Source: Mobula birostris
Taxonomy: Eukaryota
Assembly: GCF_030028105.1 (NCBI RefSeq)
Contig: NC_092379.1
Span: 26,901,821-26,965,698 of the forward strand
Direction of reading: 5' to 3'
DNA length: 63,878 nucleotides
Positions 35,427-48,835 of this stretch are shown piece by piece. The translations under genes were made by a program, and so were the position numbers. The notes under the pieces are model-generated. The model searched no databases, had not been told where the DNA came from, and saw only the letters and a list, made by a program, of their open reading frames with translations. Within the stretch, counting starts at the first letter, position 1. The number at the start of each line of letters is the position of its first letter.

Positions 35427-37772
35427 TGTAATCGTCCCTTCTGGCAATTCCCCACCATGCCATTTACCTCAGGAATTGGGCCTCCATCACCTCATTTAAA
35501 TTCCAATCGTTACCAGGTTCAACTAACTACCCAGACCAGCTTCCATCTGAAACTGCAGGATAAAGATCCTGCGACCACAACAAGGAGTTGCCAGTTCGGT
35601 GGGCCACTCTTGTATGGGTAGCCTCGTCCCATGGCTCCTCGGACTAGCAGTTCTAACGTCAGCATCGTTCCTGAATTCTCTAACTAAACCAAGACATCGG
35701 CTAAATACTCCTTCTGGATACTAATTCCACGGTCGCTACGACCATAAGGCCTCCCGAGTCGGCCTCCGCGCCTCTGTTCAGCACTTGGGTTCGTACGACC
35801 ACCACGTCCTTGCTGCTGAACGAACTGCCCAAAACGAACGCAGCTGACACAGATCCCGTACAACTGGCCCTGGCCAGGCAGGGCTATCTATTGTGCGTCC
35901 TCAACAACTACTTCGGGAGATCACGGAAAAGCTTCGGACACTATCCACGAATGTGCAGAAGGTCAGTGAACAAGCGTGCCGATTCTCCACTTCTGTTCCC
36001 CCGTCCCCTTGAAAAATCCCGACGACCCAAACCGTACCGCTCGGGATAGCTTCGCTCCTGGAATCAGCAATGCCATCCCCTCGGGAGCCGTATGTACCCG
36101 AAAATGAACCTTCCACCGGGGATCTCGATAGGAGCCGGACCTTCCTGTTACAATGCTCCCTGGTCTTTGAACTGCGGCCACGTGCATACACTTCCTATAA
36201 ATCAAAAATTGCATGCAAATGAGGCTGCTATGAGGCGATGCCTTGGCTTGGCCAACCGCGATATGGGATAACAAACCAGAGATTTGCTCCTCCTACTCCT
36301 CCTTTGTCGATAAAATGAGGAAAGTATTCGAACAATCCATTCGCGGTAAGGACTACGCAAAACGGTTGCTTACTCTTCGTCAAGCTTTGCGAAGTGTGTC
36401 CAGGTATTCCATTGAGTTCCAGACCTTAGCTGCAGACTCCGTGTGGAATGACGGGACACTACGAGAGGTGTTTCGACGGGGCCTCTCGGACAAGATAAAG
36501 GATGCGTTGGCCGCGAGGGACGACACGGAAATATATATAACGATTACAGAACGGAAACAGGGCATCTCGGCCCTTCTAATCTGTGCCGAACACTCACTCT
36601 CACCTAGTTCCACCGTCCGACACTCAGCCCATACCCTCCATTCATTTCCTGTCCATATATCTATCCAATTTAACTTCAAACGACAATATGGAACTTGTCT
36701 CAACAACTTCTGCTGGAAGCTCGTTTCACACAGCTACGACTCTCAGAGTAAAGAAGTTTCCCCTCATGTTAGCCCTGAACTTTAACTCTTTAACTCTCGA
36801 CTCATGTCCTGTTGTTTGAATCTCCCCCATTGTTAACTGAAAAAGGCTATCCACGTCAACACTATCAATCCCCCTCATAATTTTAAACAACTCTATCAAA
36901 TCACCCCTAAAACTTCTACACTCCAAAGCATAAAACCTATCTTGTTCAACCTTTCTCTGACTGTCTGGAATCTCTTATCTCGTTAGCCACTCGATCAGAT
37001 TATCGACTTCAGGAGCGTCAGCGAGAAAGAACCAGTCGCCCCGCTCCTCGGGAAAGGCCATAGCCCACCTTACTAGTCTCAGCTACCCCAGCTCCCCCAG
37101 TCCCTCCCAGTGTGGCGATTGCCCCGGCCGAACGAATTCGGAGGTGGAGAGCTGGTGATTGCTACTATTGTGGCCAGACAGTCACATTCCGGGATACCTG
37201 TCCTCAGCGGCCCGAAAGGGAGGGCTCACCCGTGAGAAAGGGAGTTCGATGGTCCCTTCAGAACACATGACTGGGATACAGATCCCGGCAACCGGGAATT
37301 ACCAACAAAAGTCCCTGTCCCTATTCGCTTTGGTGGATTCCGGTGCTGAGGGCAATCTGCTGGACGAAGAGATAGCCACCCAGGCCGGAATAACTCGCGA
37401 GCCGCTAACCACCACCCTGGAGGCTCGGGCCCTGGACGGAAATGTGCTGGTTCGGGTGACCAGGTGTACGCCACCCTTGTCCTTGATACTATCCGGCAAC
37501 CATCAGGAGGAGATAAGTTTCAGTCTCGTCCATTCCTCCCAAGTCCCGAAGTTCTAGGGTATCCATGGTCGACGCAACACAATCCCCGTAAAGATTGTGG
37601 GTAGCCGAATGGATCCCGTCTTGCCATGCCAACTGCCTGCGTCAGCCCCATCTCCCAGACCCCGCCTGTTTTGGAACCCCTCGACTTGTACCGCGTCCCC
37701 ATAGAGGACTGTGACTTGGGGCAGGTGTTCAGTAAGGAACGGGCCTTGTGCCTGCCTCCGGACCGCCCATAC
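35427..37772 (+). mobile_element. Truncated Ty3/Gypsy element (Sushi/PEG10-like gag and protease) with 5' LTR, specific to copy 2
   Basis: The LTR begins TGTAATC at 35427. Gag fragments include FVDKMRKVF...RLLTLRQ...YSIEFQTLAA...WND...FRRGLSDKIKDALA, with a degenerate CCHC knuckle near 37160. The protease motif LVDSGAEGNL lies in the ORF at 37159-37557. Host sequence resumes at AGAGATTTG, matching about 9493. Confidence 0.9.
36530..36960 (-). mobile_element. CR1 3' fragment nested in the Gypsy gag gene
   Basis: The ORF at 36726-36926 (RGDLIELFKIMRGIDSVDVDSLF...FFTLRVV) is the CR1 ORF2 end. Gag reads ...ARDDT before it and (D)CLESLISLATR after it. Confidence 0.88.
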
Positions 37773-40700
37773 AGAGATTTGTTACAGACAGATCTGGGGA
37801 ACATAACTTATGAGGGAACTGAGAGGATACTCTGTTCTTTTGTTCTGTACTTCAAGAATATTCCTACTGCAACTGGAATTCTTTGTGCCCGGGCAGCTAG
37901 CAACCATACGTAAACGGAACATGTACCAACATAACGAAAGCAGTTCTTTCTAAAATCAATGAATCGTCCCGATTCACATTGGCTTTGCTGCTCCGCAAAA
38001 CAATATATCGATAACTGCCTATTTTAGCAATGTACTTGCAAATCAGTGAACCTGAACAGGTTTAACTCCCCATGATACAAACATCAAAACTAGAAGGTAC
38101 TGCACGGGCTACCAATATAAATCATGTAACATCAGCTCGTGCCCAATCATTTATCGAATACGTTCTGCTACCACTGTCTGATTTGGTATGTCATACATTT
38201 ATAAACTGACGGCCTATGTGACCTAGAAATGCGGAACATTTGTCGTATAGTCTGTTCACTCTTCAAATCACTTCCGATGCACTACACATGAAAACACTAG
38301 TGTCATAGAGAGCTACAGCCCGAAAATGGTAAATTGCGCAGTATGAGGTTTCAGGCTAGATGGAAGAAAACAAGCATTAGGCCGAATTCTGCATGGTTTC
38401 CTTAAGGGGAAACTTGCACAACAAATCATTGAATTTATATGCTGAAACAAAAGGCAGAGTAGCGCAAATTAGTCAGTGGGTGTAGTTTACTTGAATTTTC
38501 AGAATACCTTTGACATGTTGCCGCACATCAAGTTGTTCAGCAGAATAAGAGTGCATAGTATAATGAGAAAAAAAAAATAGCATGGATACAAAGGCCGGAT
38601 GACTTACAGAAAGAACGCACGGAGGCCAGAAATTACAAGAATGAAATAATTAACGTGCGATCAGCTCAGGGATGCTACTCGCTGGAGATTGGAAGAATGT
38701 GGGTGACTATTATTTATCCATATAGAATATTGAAAGACATAAACAAGGTGGAGGCACACAAGGACATTACCTGCAGTGGGTGTGTCCAGTACCAATTATG
38801 GCATCCTCAATAGAGAGGGACATCAATTTGTACAGAAGAGAAAAGGACTTTTTTTTTATCTATATGGTGGTGAATCTGTTTATGTTAATGTCATTGCAGG
38901 TAAAGTTAAGCTATTCAGTCTAATAAGTGCAGATTGTCATTGCTTCTTTGTTAGTGAGAGAATCAAAGTTTGCGGGGAGAAGAAAGGTCACGGTTTATAG
39001 CGGTATAACATTAAGCCAAGATGGCGTAGCACAGCAATATGGAAACACAGAGTTGCCTGATTTTGCTCCTGTGTGTATTGGTCTTATGTTCTTATGGCCC
39101 TGACATTTGCCAATGGGGAATACTGTTCAATGTTCATGCGATCGCGCATGGCGAGCAAATTGATCACTATTGCGTGCAATCGGAGCTACAAGTGCCGGAG
39201 GAGGTAGAAACACAAACCAGTCAATTTTTGATTGACAACATTTATCGCTGATTTCTCCATAAAATATAGCTTACGGGATCGATAGGCCACATTATCAGCC
39301 GCAGAACAAGTCCAAATAGCGAAAATGCAGGCTCATTTTCGGCGAGCATATACTCGTCTCCATAAAATATTAATGCTGTGTGTTGCGGTACTCATGATCA
39401 CACGCCTGGAGGTCACTGTTTCAATCGATTTAAATCCATCTGAAAGTCAGCAAACTCAGCATTTATATTATTAGGGGTGCCGCGTTTTCCACAGCCTGCC
39501 TAACCAATTTGCCCACTGTTGATTCCTTTTCATTCAAACGTTCCAAGTCCATTCACCTGCACGACAGTTGTTTATTTTTTTTTTAATATATATTTTTAAC
39601 TGCCTCAAACACTTAACGTTGCTGCTCATACAATAAATAAATTATACACTCTATTGTGTAAAAAAAATCCGTTCTAGATCATACTACCACGTTTCCTTTA
39701 TGTTTTCCACTTACCCAATTCTGATTCCCGATAGTAAAGACAAAGAATCAGGGCGTTAATCCTATCAATGGTTCATCATCTCTTATCTTCCAACATTCCA
39801 GGGAAAAAGCTTGAAATTGATCAAGTTTTCCATAACCCAGTCTCGCATGTATTCGAAAGGAATTTGCAATTATTTTATGCTTTACTTCATCATGAATTAT
39901 AACATTCATGTTTTGTGGTCACACAGTACCTGTGCATTAAGTGGTTTTATATTTTTCTGTTGTGTTCGTCGTAATAGGTCCGGAAGCTACAAATATTGCA
40001 CCGCAATTTCACAATGTCAAGTCTTGGATACATATAAATCTGGATTAATTCATGTTAAAACAAAGCAGTTCTGCATACAAATTTGATCAAGTGTGCCTAT
40101 CATACGATCTGCAAGGTATCCCATACTCTGCTAAACGTCTCACTAATAGAGACATGCAGCATCGCAGTACATATCACATCATGAATTGTCAAAATGAGGA
40201 TAATAATGTGTGAGGCTACACTGATACCTCACACATGCAGCCAGTTAAGGATTCGTGGAGAAAAATCTTTGCGCCCACAACCAGTCAAAGCAGTCCTGAC
40301 CACAATCTGGAGACACAGGAGTGGAGAACTTAGTATTGCATAGCAATTGTAGTCACGTTTTGCGGTCTATCGCCAGGTAGCGTGATGCAAGGAGAAATGG
40401 ATCTGAGAAAATAAGGGAACAAATGTACGGTAGAAATGGCTGCAAAAGGTAAAGTTAACCAACACCGTTTTCAATGCGAATGGCATCTTATTCCCATGTA
40501 TTAAACCCACATGCTGAATAACTAAATACTGATTAATTAAAGTCGAATGAAGTGGATAAGTGGCCCTACCAGAGAAGTCGATGGGAAATCGCTTTATTTT
40601 GGTGGCAGGACGAACAGACTTGAAGCCGAAGCCTTGGACAGCTGTAAATAGACACAATGGGTAATCTGCCTTTTATATTCCACCTGGGGTTTTCAGATTT

Positions 40701-41689
40701 GTTAAGTATTTGCCTCATGCAAAAGCATATATACCCGTACATTTTACATGGATATCCTTCCGTCAATCTCTGTAATATTTTGATGGATGTCACCTGAACT
40801 TCAGGATTTTCTGAAGGGTTCGGATTTGGGCCACTGTTCCACCGTTACCGTTGCCATCTGACTTCCAGGAATGACTTTTTTACATTGTTGCATAGAGCGT
40901 GATCCTCTGAAAGTTGGAATTGTGATGTTTGTGTTGTGCATTCTGTTGAAAACTCAGAAAATATCCGTATCGGTTACATGTCGGAGAAAATCGGTTTCAG
41001 CCTCGTTATGGTAAGTCAGTCATTACTCAAGTAAACAGCAATAATATTCAATTATTTATTTTTTTTTCGGACTGTGTGTCTAACAGATCAGAACATCCCT
41101 TCGTGAATAACTGTAAAATACCTTAAATTGGATGGTTGCATAAAATTGTTGTGCCGCTTCCAAATTCAAGAACCCCTGTCAGGAACTCCAGTTACTGTAT
41201 CGTTTTAAATTCCATGAACAATGGCAGGTGAGCCTGCAATCAGTATATGACAATACTCGAAGTAAGATAAATAACTCTCCTTGCTGTGCACCAGAATAAG
41301 CTAAGTTTGTATTACTTCGAGTTTGTATTACTCCTATGGTACTGATAGTCAAAGAAAAACAAAATAGCAGGATTAAAATTAAACCGGCGACGTCTGTGAA
41401 AATGTTTGTATTAATGCGTATGTTTATCTTTTTTGTTTCACACTTCGCTTTTTTTCATTGTGCTGGGATTGATTTGCTACTTCGTAGCGTCGCCCAAAAT
41501 ACAAAGAAAAATCATCTCTTTCTCAAACGAAAAGACATGTTAGTGTTTCGTCTGCACTAAATTCAATTTCAGTTGTCACTACCATAAATAGTACTGGTAG
41601 ACTTTGTCCTATATAAAGGCAGAATAGGGTTTATTATCACTGGAATCTGTGGTGAGATTTGTTAATATTGCAGCAGCAGTACTCTGCAA

Positions 41690-42140
41690 CACAGAAGAAC
41701 GGGAAAAAACAAACAAAATAATAATAATAATTCATAAATAAGTTAATCAATTAGACTATACTTGTATTGAATTGAATAAAAATCATGCAAAACCCGTAAT
41801 AATATATACTAAAAATACAGTGAGGTACTGCTAAGTACGCATTTAGGAGTCGGACGGAAGAGTGGAAGAAGCTATTGCTGAACTGTTGAATGTGTGCTTT
41901 CATGACATCTGTACATCCTACCCGATCGTAGCAGTGAGAAAAGGGCATGTCCTGGGTGCTGGAGAACCTGAATAATTCACGCTGCCTTTCTGAGACACCA
42001 CTCCTGGAATATTTCCTGGGTAATTTGTAGTCTTGTACTCAAGATGGAGCTGCCAACATTTACAGTTCCCTGCAGCTTCTTTCGGTCATGTGCAGTAGCC
42101 CTCCTCCCCCACAGCCACCATTCCTGACAGTGTTGCAGCC
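41690..42140 (-). mobile_element. Rex1/Babar-type LINE 3' remnant, copy-2 paralog
   Basis: Matches 14950-15430. Confidence 0.7.
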
Positions 42141-42884
42141 TGTCTGAAAATTATAGCCTGTCCGTTATATTACTTCGGCCAATTTTACTCGGGACAGAAT
42201 ATGACATTGCTAAATAAATTTCCTCATTCACTCTTCGGAATCTGTTCAAACAGAAAAAAAAAGAAAAAAAGAAGTTTCCACACGTGGTTCGAAGAAGACA
42301 TATTAAATTGCCATTTACCTCTCTATTTTAGTAACACTACCAGTTACTTTGCTTTAACAGCTGAAAGCCCTTTACTTGGTTCGAGATCCGAGCTCTTCAG
42401 TGAACCCAGAAGGTGATTTGATGTGAAAAGTTCACCGAATCAGGAACAAGACTTTGTGTGGAAATTCTTAATCTCTGTTGATTTTGCTGGTGATCATCTT
42501 ATGATGTACATTCTTCTTCACTTATTTTCCGTGGTTCACCACATGGTGTTTGGTGATGCAGATAACTGTATTGCGATAGGTCGAGCCACACCCATTCCAT
42601 TTGTTTCTTTTTTTTTTTTCCTAACTCTTTCAACCATTGCAATCTCCTCAAATCATTTTATTCAGCTGGTCCACCGTGGTTTTCGAATCAGAATCCAGAG
42701 AGTGCACTATATCAAAAGTATTTGTGCACATGAATTTATTCTCACAATTTAAGGACTTGGTTAAATATGCTTAAACTGCCTGAGATTAAAAGGGGACAGA
42801 AGGAAAAAAAAATCATGTTTTTTTTTAATGTTTTTACTGCACTGAAACTAACCAGCTGTGCATAAGTACGCCTGACACGCATTC

Positions 42885-43934
42885 TGTCATAAGGACACGG
42901 CTGGGAACGCACCCAAGTGCAAGACACAGGCACTGAAGTGCGAGGAACAGGACTAGGATATCGGGCAATGGCAAGGACATGGGCAGGAGAAAACAGGAAT
43001 CTGGAGCAGGACTGATGAAGAGAGCTAGGAGCCCAGGGTTGGACTCCGAGCCAGAGAATGGACAAGGACCCAGTACCTGGGTCGTGCATCTGGTTCGGGC
43101 CCCAGAACTAGGCAATGACGAGGCTTGGCCGGCAGGCAGGACGAGGCAGAAATCTACAGGCTTGAAGCTTGAAGCAAGAGGATAGAGGCTTGGCAAGAGG
43201 CTAGAGGCTAGGGACTTGGCTTGGCTTGGCTTGACAAGAGGCTAGAGGCTAGAGACTTGAGGCGAGGCCAGGCTGGAGGCTGGAAACTTGAGTTGAGGCG
43301 AGGCTGGGGGCTGGATACTTGAGGCGAGGCGAGTCTGGAGGCTGGAGGCTGGAGACGGGGCAAGGCTGGAGGTTGGACACTTTAGGCGAGGCGAGGATGG
43401 AGTCTGGAAACTTGAGGCTAGGCTCCTCCTGGGCAGGGTGCGGATCACCTGGGCAGGGCGCCGATCACCTGGGCAGGGCCCGGTACTGCTGGGCAGGCGC
43501 GGTTCACCACTCGACAGAGGCAAGGGACAGAAACGGACAGAACCAACCCCAGGTAACGACTAGACGGCCTGCCTTACCTGGGCGCAGGCAAGGGACAGGA
43601 AGGGAGCTAGGAACAGGGTGGCTCCAGGACAAGACTGCAGGCAAGACGAGGCGAGGATATCCAGCAAGACAGGCGAAGGTTTCCAGCAAGACAAGGCGAG
43701 GGTTACGGGAGAGGAAACAGAAATCAGAGCAAGGGATAGAAGGAGTAAGTACAAGAACAATCCAGCAACCACACCCTGGTCTCTGGAGGTGTTTATGCAG
43801 CCAGCCCCAATTAGCATCAGTTGCCTCAATTAGCTCAACAAGGACAGAAACAGGGTAGAAAGGAAAACCTGGTGCAAAGGTCAATGGACCGGACCGTGAA
43901 CTGGAATATGGACTTCACGGACCGGACTATGGCA
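42885..43934 (-). mobile_element. Solo LTR of the same family as 32640-34004, opposite strand, 5-bp TSD CATTC
   Basis: The reverse complement runs TGCCATAG...TTATGACA. CATTC is at 42880-42884 and 43935-43939. The empty site GCATTCAGAGTTCTCC is near 16148. Confidence 0.9.
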
Positions 43935-46900
43935 CATTCAGAGTTCTCCCTCATGCTTCATGTGTTGCTAATAGCTCTGTTGTACCTTTCTCGTTCTCTA
44001 AACTTCAGACCTTAGTGCATGACTAGGATATAGTTCATAATAAAAATGATTGTCGGAATCATTACGCCCATTCATAATATCTCAGGAGCAGTTGTCGTTG
44101 CCTTCTGTAAATACATACAAACACTCTCGAAGTGTGTTTACTCTGTCTGTGGACATGTTTTCGTCTGGAACGAGTGGTGATTGATAACTGAATCTTCGGA
44201 TTAAAAAGCACTTTTGCCCCTCTGTTTGTCTGCCTCTGAGGTTGAGACTGTGGTCTAACTTGGCGCAACAAATTACTCTCAGCAGCCCACCAATCTTTTT
44301 TTTCGCAATCCCCTTACACATTTAAATCAGACAATACAATTGCGTCATTACCCCTTTTCAATGGCTTTTCCAGCTCCCTTTGAAATCTTATCCAGCATGC
44401 CAGCTTCTGTTTGGAGGCCTATACGTAAATCCCACTAGATTTTTTTTTTCATACGCTCGCAATTTCTTAACCACTCACGAAGGTTCAACATACGACTCAG
44501 TGACACTCACATTGATATACCTACCAATGTTTAATTACACCACGAATTCGTCCACCATATTCAGAAGCCTACTTTAATTGAAATGCAGAACCTTCAGTCG
44601 TGCATTTTTAGCCCTTTTGGATGTTGCCTCTGTGGCACAAATTATTTTTTTATTTTGCGTTCTCAGCATTAATACTCCATCTTTGATTTGTCCTTCATCA
44701 TACTCATGTTACACTCATCATCTACTTGTAAACCACTGGCTCATCCTCAGCTCTATCAAACTGCTTCCCATCGCCCTGCCAGATTAGGTTAAAACACTCC
44801 CAACAACTCCTTAAATCTGACCGAAAGAATATTACCCATCCCAGATTCACTTGCAACACATCCCTTTTGTGCGACTTACACCTGCGCCCAAAAAAATGTG
44901 CCAATTATCCAGAAATCTGAATCCTTGTGTTCTGCTTCAACTCTCATCCATACGTTCATCTGCCACGTCATTCTATTCTAGTTCTCACTGTCGCCGAGCA
45001 CAGGCCGTAATTCTAAGATTATTACACTTGCGGTCCCGCTACTCAGCTTCCGTCCTAACTCTCTATGTTCTTCTTTCCGGACCTGCTCACTGATTTTTCT
45101 ATGCCTTTGATACCATTTTATACCCCGACCTCTGGCTGCTCAGCGTCCTTTTCCAGGATATTACGGACGCGTATAGAAACAATTATGCCCCTAGCACCCG
45201 TGAGACAAACTACGAGCCACGTATTATTTTTACGTCATTAAATTCGTTCAGCTGTCCGTCTGCTACAATTGTTACTGCTGCTATCCTCTTCATTTCCATA
45301 TCCTTCTGTGCCACAGAGCCAAGGTCAGTGCCAGAGGCACAATAGCTATTGCTTCCCCCAGTTAGATCGTTCCCCTAAAATGGACAGCGTATTGTTGACG
45401 GGGGCGCCCACATGTGTGCACACGACTGTCTGGTGCCTCCTGGTCCCTCTCCTGACAGTTACACAGTGATCTGTCTCCTGTAAAATTGGTGTTACTAACT
45501 CCCTGTTGCTCCTGTTACTGTTTCACTTTACCTAACAAGCCAAAGGTCATCGAACCCCAACTTTACATCCCTTATACGGCCTCTAATGGTCTGCATTTCG
45601 ATGCACTTGTGCAGATATGGCCACCGGAGCGCGGCTGGTGGTCTCCAGAAAATTCCACATGTGACACCTAGAAGAGAACACAGGCTCTGTAGACGCACCT
45701 CGTATTCGCTCAGCAGTTGAACACGATCAAAGAAATATATTACATAGACCCTGCCTAAACTCGAAGAAGCCTTCTTGAGCCAAAGCCTTACTATTCTGCG
45801 ACAGGCTATCATGACGACGACCACTTCGAAAGGCGGTATCTCTCCATTATGGACCACCCGTTCCCCTGTTCTTTGGCGAACCTACGCGGCAACGTTACTA
45901 TTGTGACAGTGGAGTACTCCAGTCATCGACTCCGGTAGAAAAACTTGCTGTTTTTTTTTGTTTGTTTTTTTTTTTTTTTTTGTCCGCTCTGTGCGGAAAC
46001 ACTTATGTTGCGTCTGCACACCATTCCAATGAATTACGTGAATTGTTTTTAGATCGAAGGCCGTTGTAATTGTCCCGATCAGCTGAAGACGTTACTACAT
46101 ACCAGTGAGATAAAGGTTTGACGCATGATAATGTCCCAGGTCATGCGATCATTTTAAAGATGAAACGCTTTCTACGGTATGAAACGATTTATTCAGCTCC
46201 TATTACAACGATAAGGGGCAAAGTTCGAATGTTGTGTTGGCAATTTGTTAGGTAACATTCCGATAAGTTTGTAGTTCATTGTTCAGCATTGTTGGGAACA
46301 GTGCTTTAAAAAAACGGCTAACTAATGTTTCACCTCTGCTTTGCTTTTCCAAATGGCATCGATGGGGATTATGTCGTTTGATGCCCCATTCTGGTCAGGC
46401 GTAGCTCTGCTTAGCTGTATCTCCAACCCGTGCATACCAAAGGTCCGGTTCCACTTCAATGAGTTTCGTTGCATTGCATGGAAATCTCTTCTGTCTATGT
46501 CGTTTCGTGAAGCTACATGGCATCAACGGATGAAATCAGCGTTTGTTCCTCGATCTTGACCGTCGTTAGAATTATAAACTCATGAACAGCTGTAGAACAG
46601 TGATATGTCCGGTCTCGTTATTATATCACTTCTCAGACCGAATATGATGAATGTGGGAGTATTAAGAGTATTCATGTTTATTACGATGATTTCTTGCATT
46701 TACTTTTGTTAGAATGGGGTAGCGCAGACTCATTGGAAAGTTCAGACTTCGAATCTACAACAACGCAATGACAAACGCACATTTACACCATTAGAACTCA
46801 GAAAACAGGGTCATTTACGTATTTCAGATATCCATGGTTCGATTGCAAAGAATCGAAATAAAGATTTCATAACACAGTTATATGCAACGTCTCAGCCAAG

Positions 46901-47764
46901 TTGAATTTAAGAGCTGCCAATACGACCAACAGTGATCAAGTTGTGGTAGGAAGAAATTACCGTTGCTGGCTTCTGACTTGTCTCTGCAAACACGGATTCA
47001 CAAGGTGGTTGTTTCGATTCGAAGATTTCGGTGAAATATGAGGATTTGCGTCTACTTGCTTGAAATGATTGGAAGTGAAGAAAGAACACACGGAATTATA
47101 TCAGATAAAAGACACATCTAAATGTCGTATAAGATACATTTGCAATACTTGCAGATCCTTGACGGAAACAGAAGAGGGTGCAGTCTTGAGTTGTGAGGAA
47201 GCATGTTTAAAGAAGAACTGCACCATAAGAGTTTTGTTTTCGTCTGCAAAGAACATGGTTCATATCTCTAAATCGCAGCAGAGAGGGTAATATAAAGTGG
47301 TGGAACTTCTGTATTTAAGCTAGTTAATTTGGCAAAGGAAAGAGGGTTTATAAAAAACATAGGATGATGGAGTTGAGAGTGAATGAAATAAATAAGTTTG
47401 TCTGATCGTGGGGAGAGGGTGTGGTCTGGAGTTAGTGTTTCCTTGTCGTGGTTTGATTGGTGTCTCTGTGTCTTGTGAAATTTTGCAAAGTTCATTTTTG
47501 TACAATGAATACTTCAATCACGCTGAACCGACGTGGAATAAATTGGATTTAGATCTTTCTCCGTGCAATGTGTCTCTTCAACATAGCCTGCCATGGCTGT
47601 TTTACCTCCTGAAGATGGCACCAGACTCATAACTTTGGACTATACTAAGAAAATCAAAATCTACTCCGTTATTTAGTTCGAGATTATATCAAATAACTTC
47701 TGATCCGAACGTCTTTGCCGTTGACTCTAATATACAGCTGAATCGTTAGCTCTGATGAAGTAAT

Positions 47765-48016
47765 TTATGTGCGGTCTCGCGAAGTCTGCTAACTTTCAGT
47801 TGATTGGCCGTGTTGAGGAACAAAGAAATAGTACGGAATTGAAAGAAATCAGGGCAGGAGTTGATTGGTGGATTCGAGAAGCAAAGAGTGTCATTTTAAG
47901 TGGATGAGACCAATGGCCTCTTAACAAAAGAGAGGGCACTCCTGACGAAAACAGATTAAATTTGTTTGAGAATAACATATTTTTCATTACAAATCCAGAG
48001 TGAACAGATCACAGAC
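47765..48016 (+). promoter_or_regulatory. Candidate V4 promoter
   Basis: Paralogous region with TGCGGT at 47770-47775, three ATTGG/CCAAT boxes and a TGACG half-CRE. Confidence 0.4.
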
Positions 48017-48062
48017 ATGCGGGTCCTATATTTGTTTCTTATTGCAGCAGCGCTTCTGATTG
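48017..48062 (+). CDS. Leader exon of TCR V4
   Basis: Encodes MRVLYLFLIAAALLI-G, 46 nt, followed by GTAAG. Confidence 0.9.
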
Positions 48063-48528
48063 GTAAGTTTCTCGACATTTTGAAAACCATCGTTCTCACC
48101 ATGATGAACAGGTTAATGTATCACTGAATATCAGTAACGCAACATTGGTCATGGCATGAAAGGGTTTGGGAGTACGATAGTAACATGGATCGAACTCTCT
48201 TGCAACTGGCAATAGAGTATTTGATGAGTACATCGGGGACAACCAGAGGCGAATCGGCCTCAGTCCTTGGCGGGGAAGAGTTGTCTTTGTATTCCTCCTG
48301 AGAGGCAATGGGTATGAGCACTTGTTGATGGAGGCGATTTGAAGTTTTCCCAAAAATATAATTTAATTCAGGCTTACTTGTCACTTCTGCTGATTTTAGT
48401 CGAGAGTTTTACCACAAATTGGGACCCCCACCCCTCTGCTCAGGACCCAAGGTTTGCGTCGGAGTTATGCGAGCAGAATATTGATATTTCTTTATTTAAA
48501 TTTTGATTTTTTTTTTGGACTATAACAG

Positions 48529-48835
48529 GATATTGCCGAGGCGACGCTGTTCGTCAGTCACCTGCTGTTACCACAGTCGTGGAAGGGAAATTTGCAGTGT
48601 TAAACTGTAACTATACAGCTACAAGTATAACCAGCCCTGTAATAATCTGGCACCGTCAGTATCCCGGAGATTCTCTGGAGTTTCTTTTGCTCCGTTCGAA
48701 ATTCGACAACCACCTAGAGAATATTCCTCGACAACGTTTCACGGCGCAGCTGAATGATTCAAGCAGAACTGTTCCACTCAAAATATCCGAAACACATCTA
48801 GGAGACACTGCCATGTATTACTGTGCCCTGAGACC
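48529..48835 (+). CDS. TCR alpha/delta-type V exon V4, open reading frame
   Basis: A TAACAG acceptor precedes GYCRG/DAVRQSPAVTTVVEGKFAVLNCNYTATSITSPVIIWHRQYPGDSLEFLLLRSKFDNHLENIPRQRFTAQLNDSSRTVPLKISETHLGDTAMYYCALRP. Confidence 0.92.

Noticed and set aside
39039-39251. ORF starting with a signal-peptide-like METQSCLILLLCVLVLCSYG
   Set aside because: The hydrophobic stretch is a translation of the CR1 3' tail (CTCCTG...GGTCTTATGTTCTTATG). The paralog near 10740-10950 does not keep the frame, and there is no splice donor or V exon.
32788-43884. Overlapping 80-180 aa ORFs in the two solo LTRs (for example 43319-43858 and 32930-33292)
   Set aside because: They come from stop-poor, low-complexity repeat sequence, are open in several frames on both strands, and show no domain motifs.
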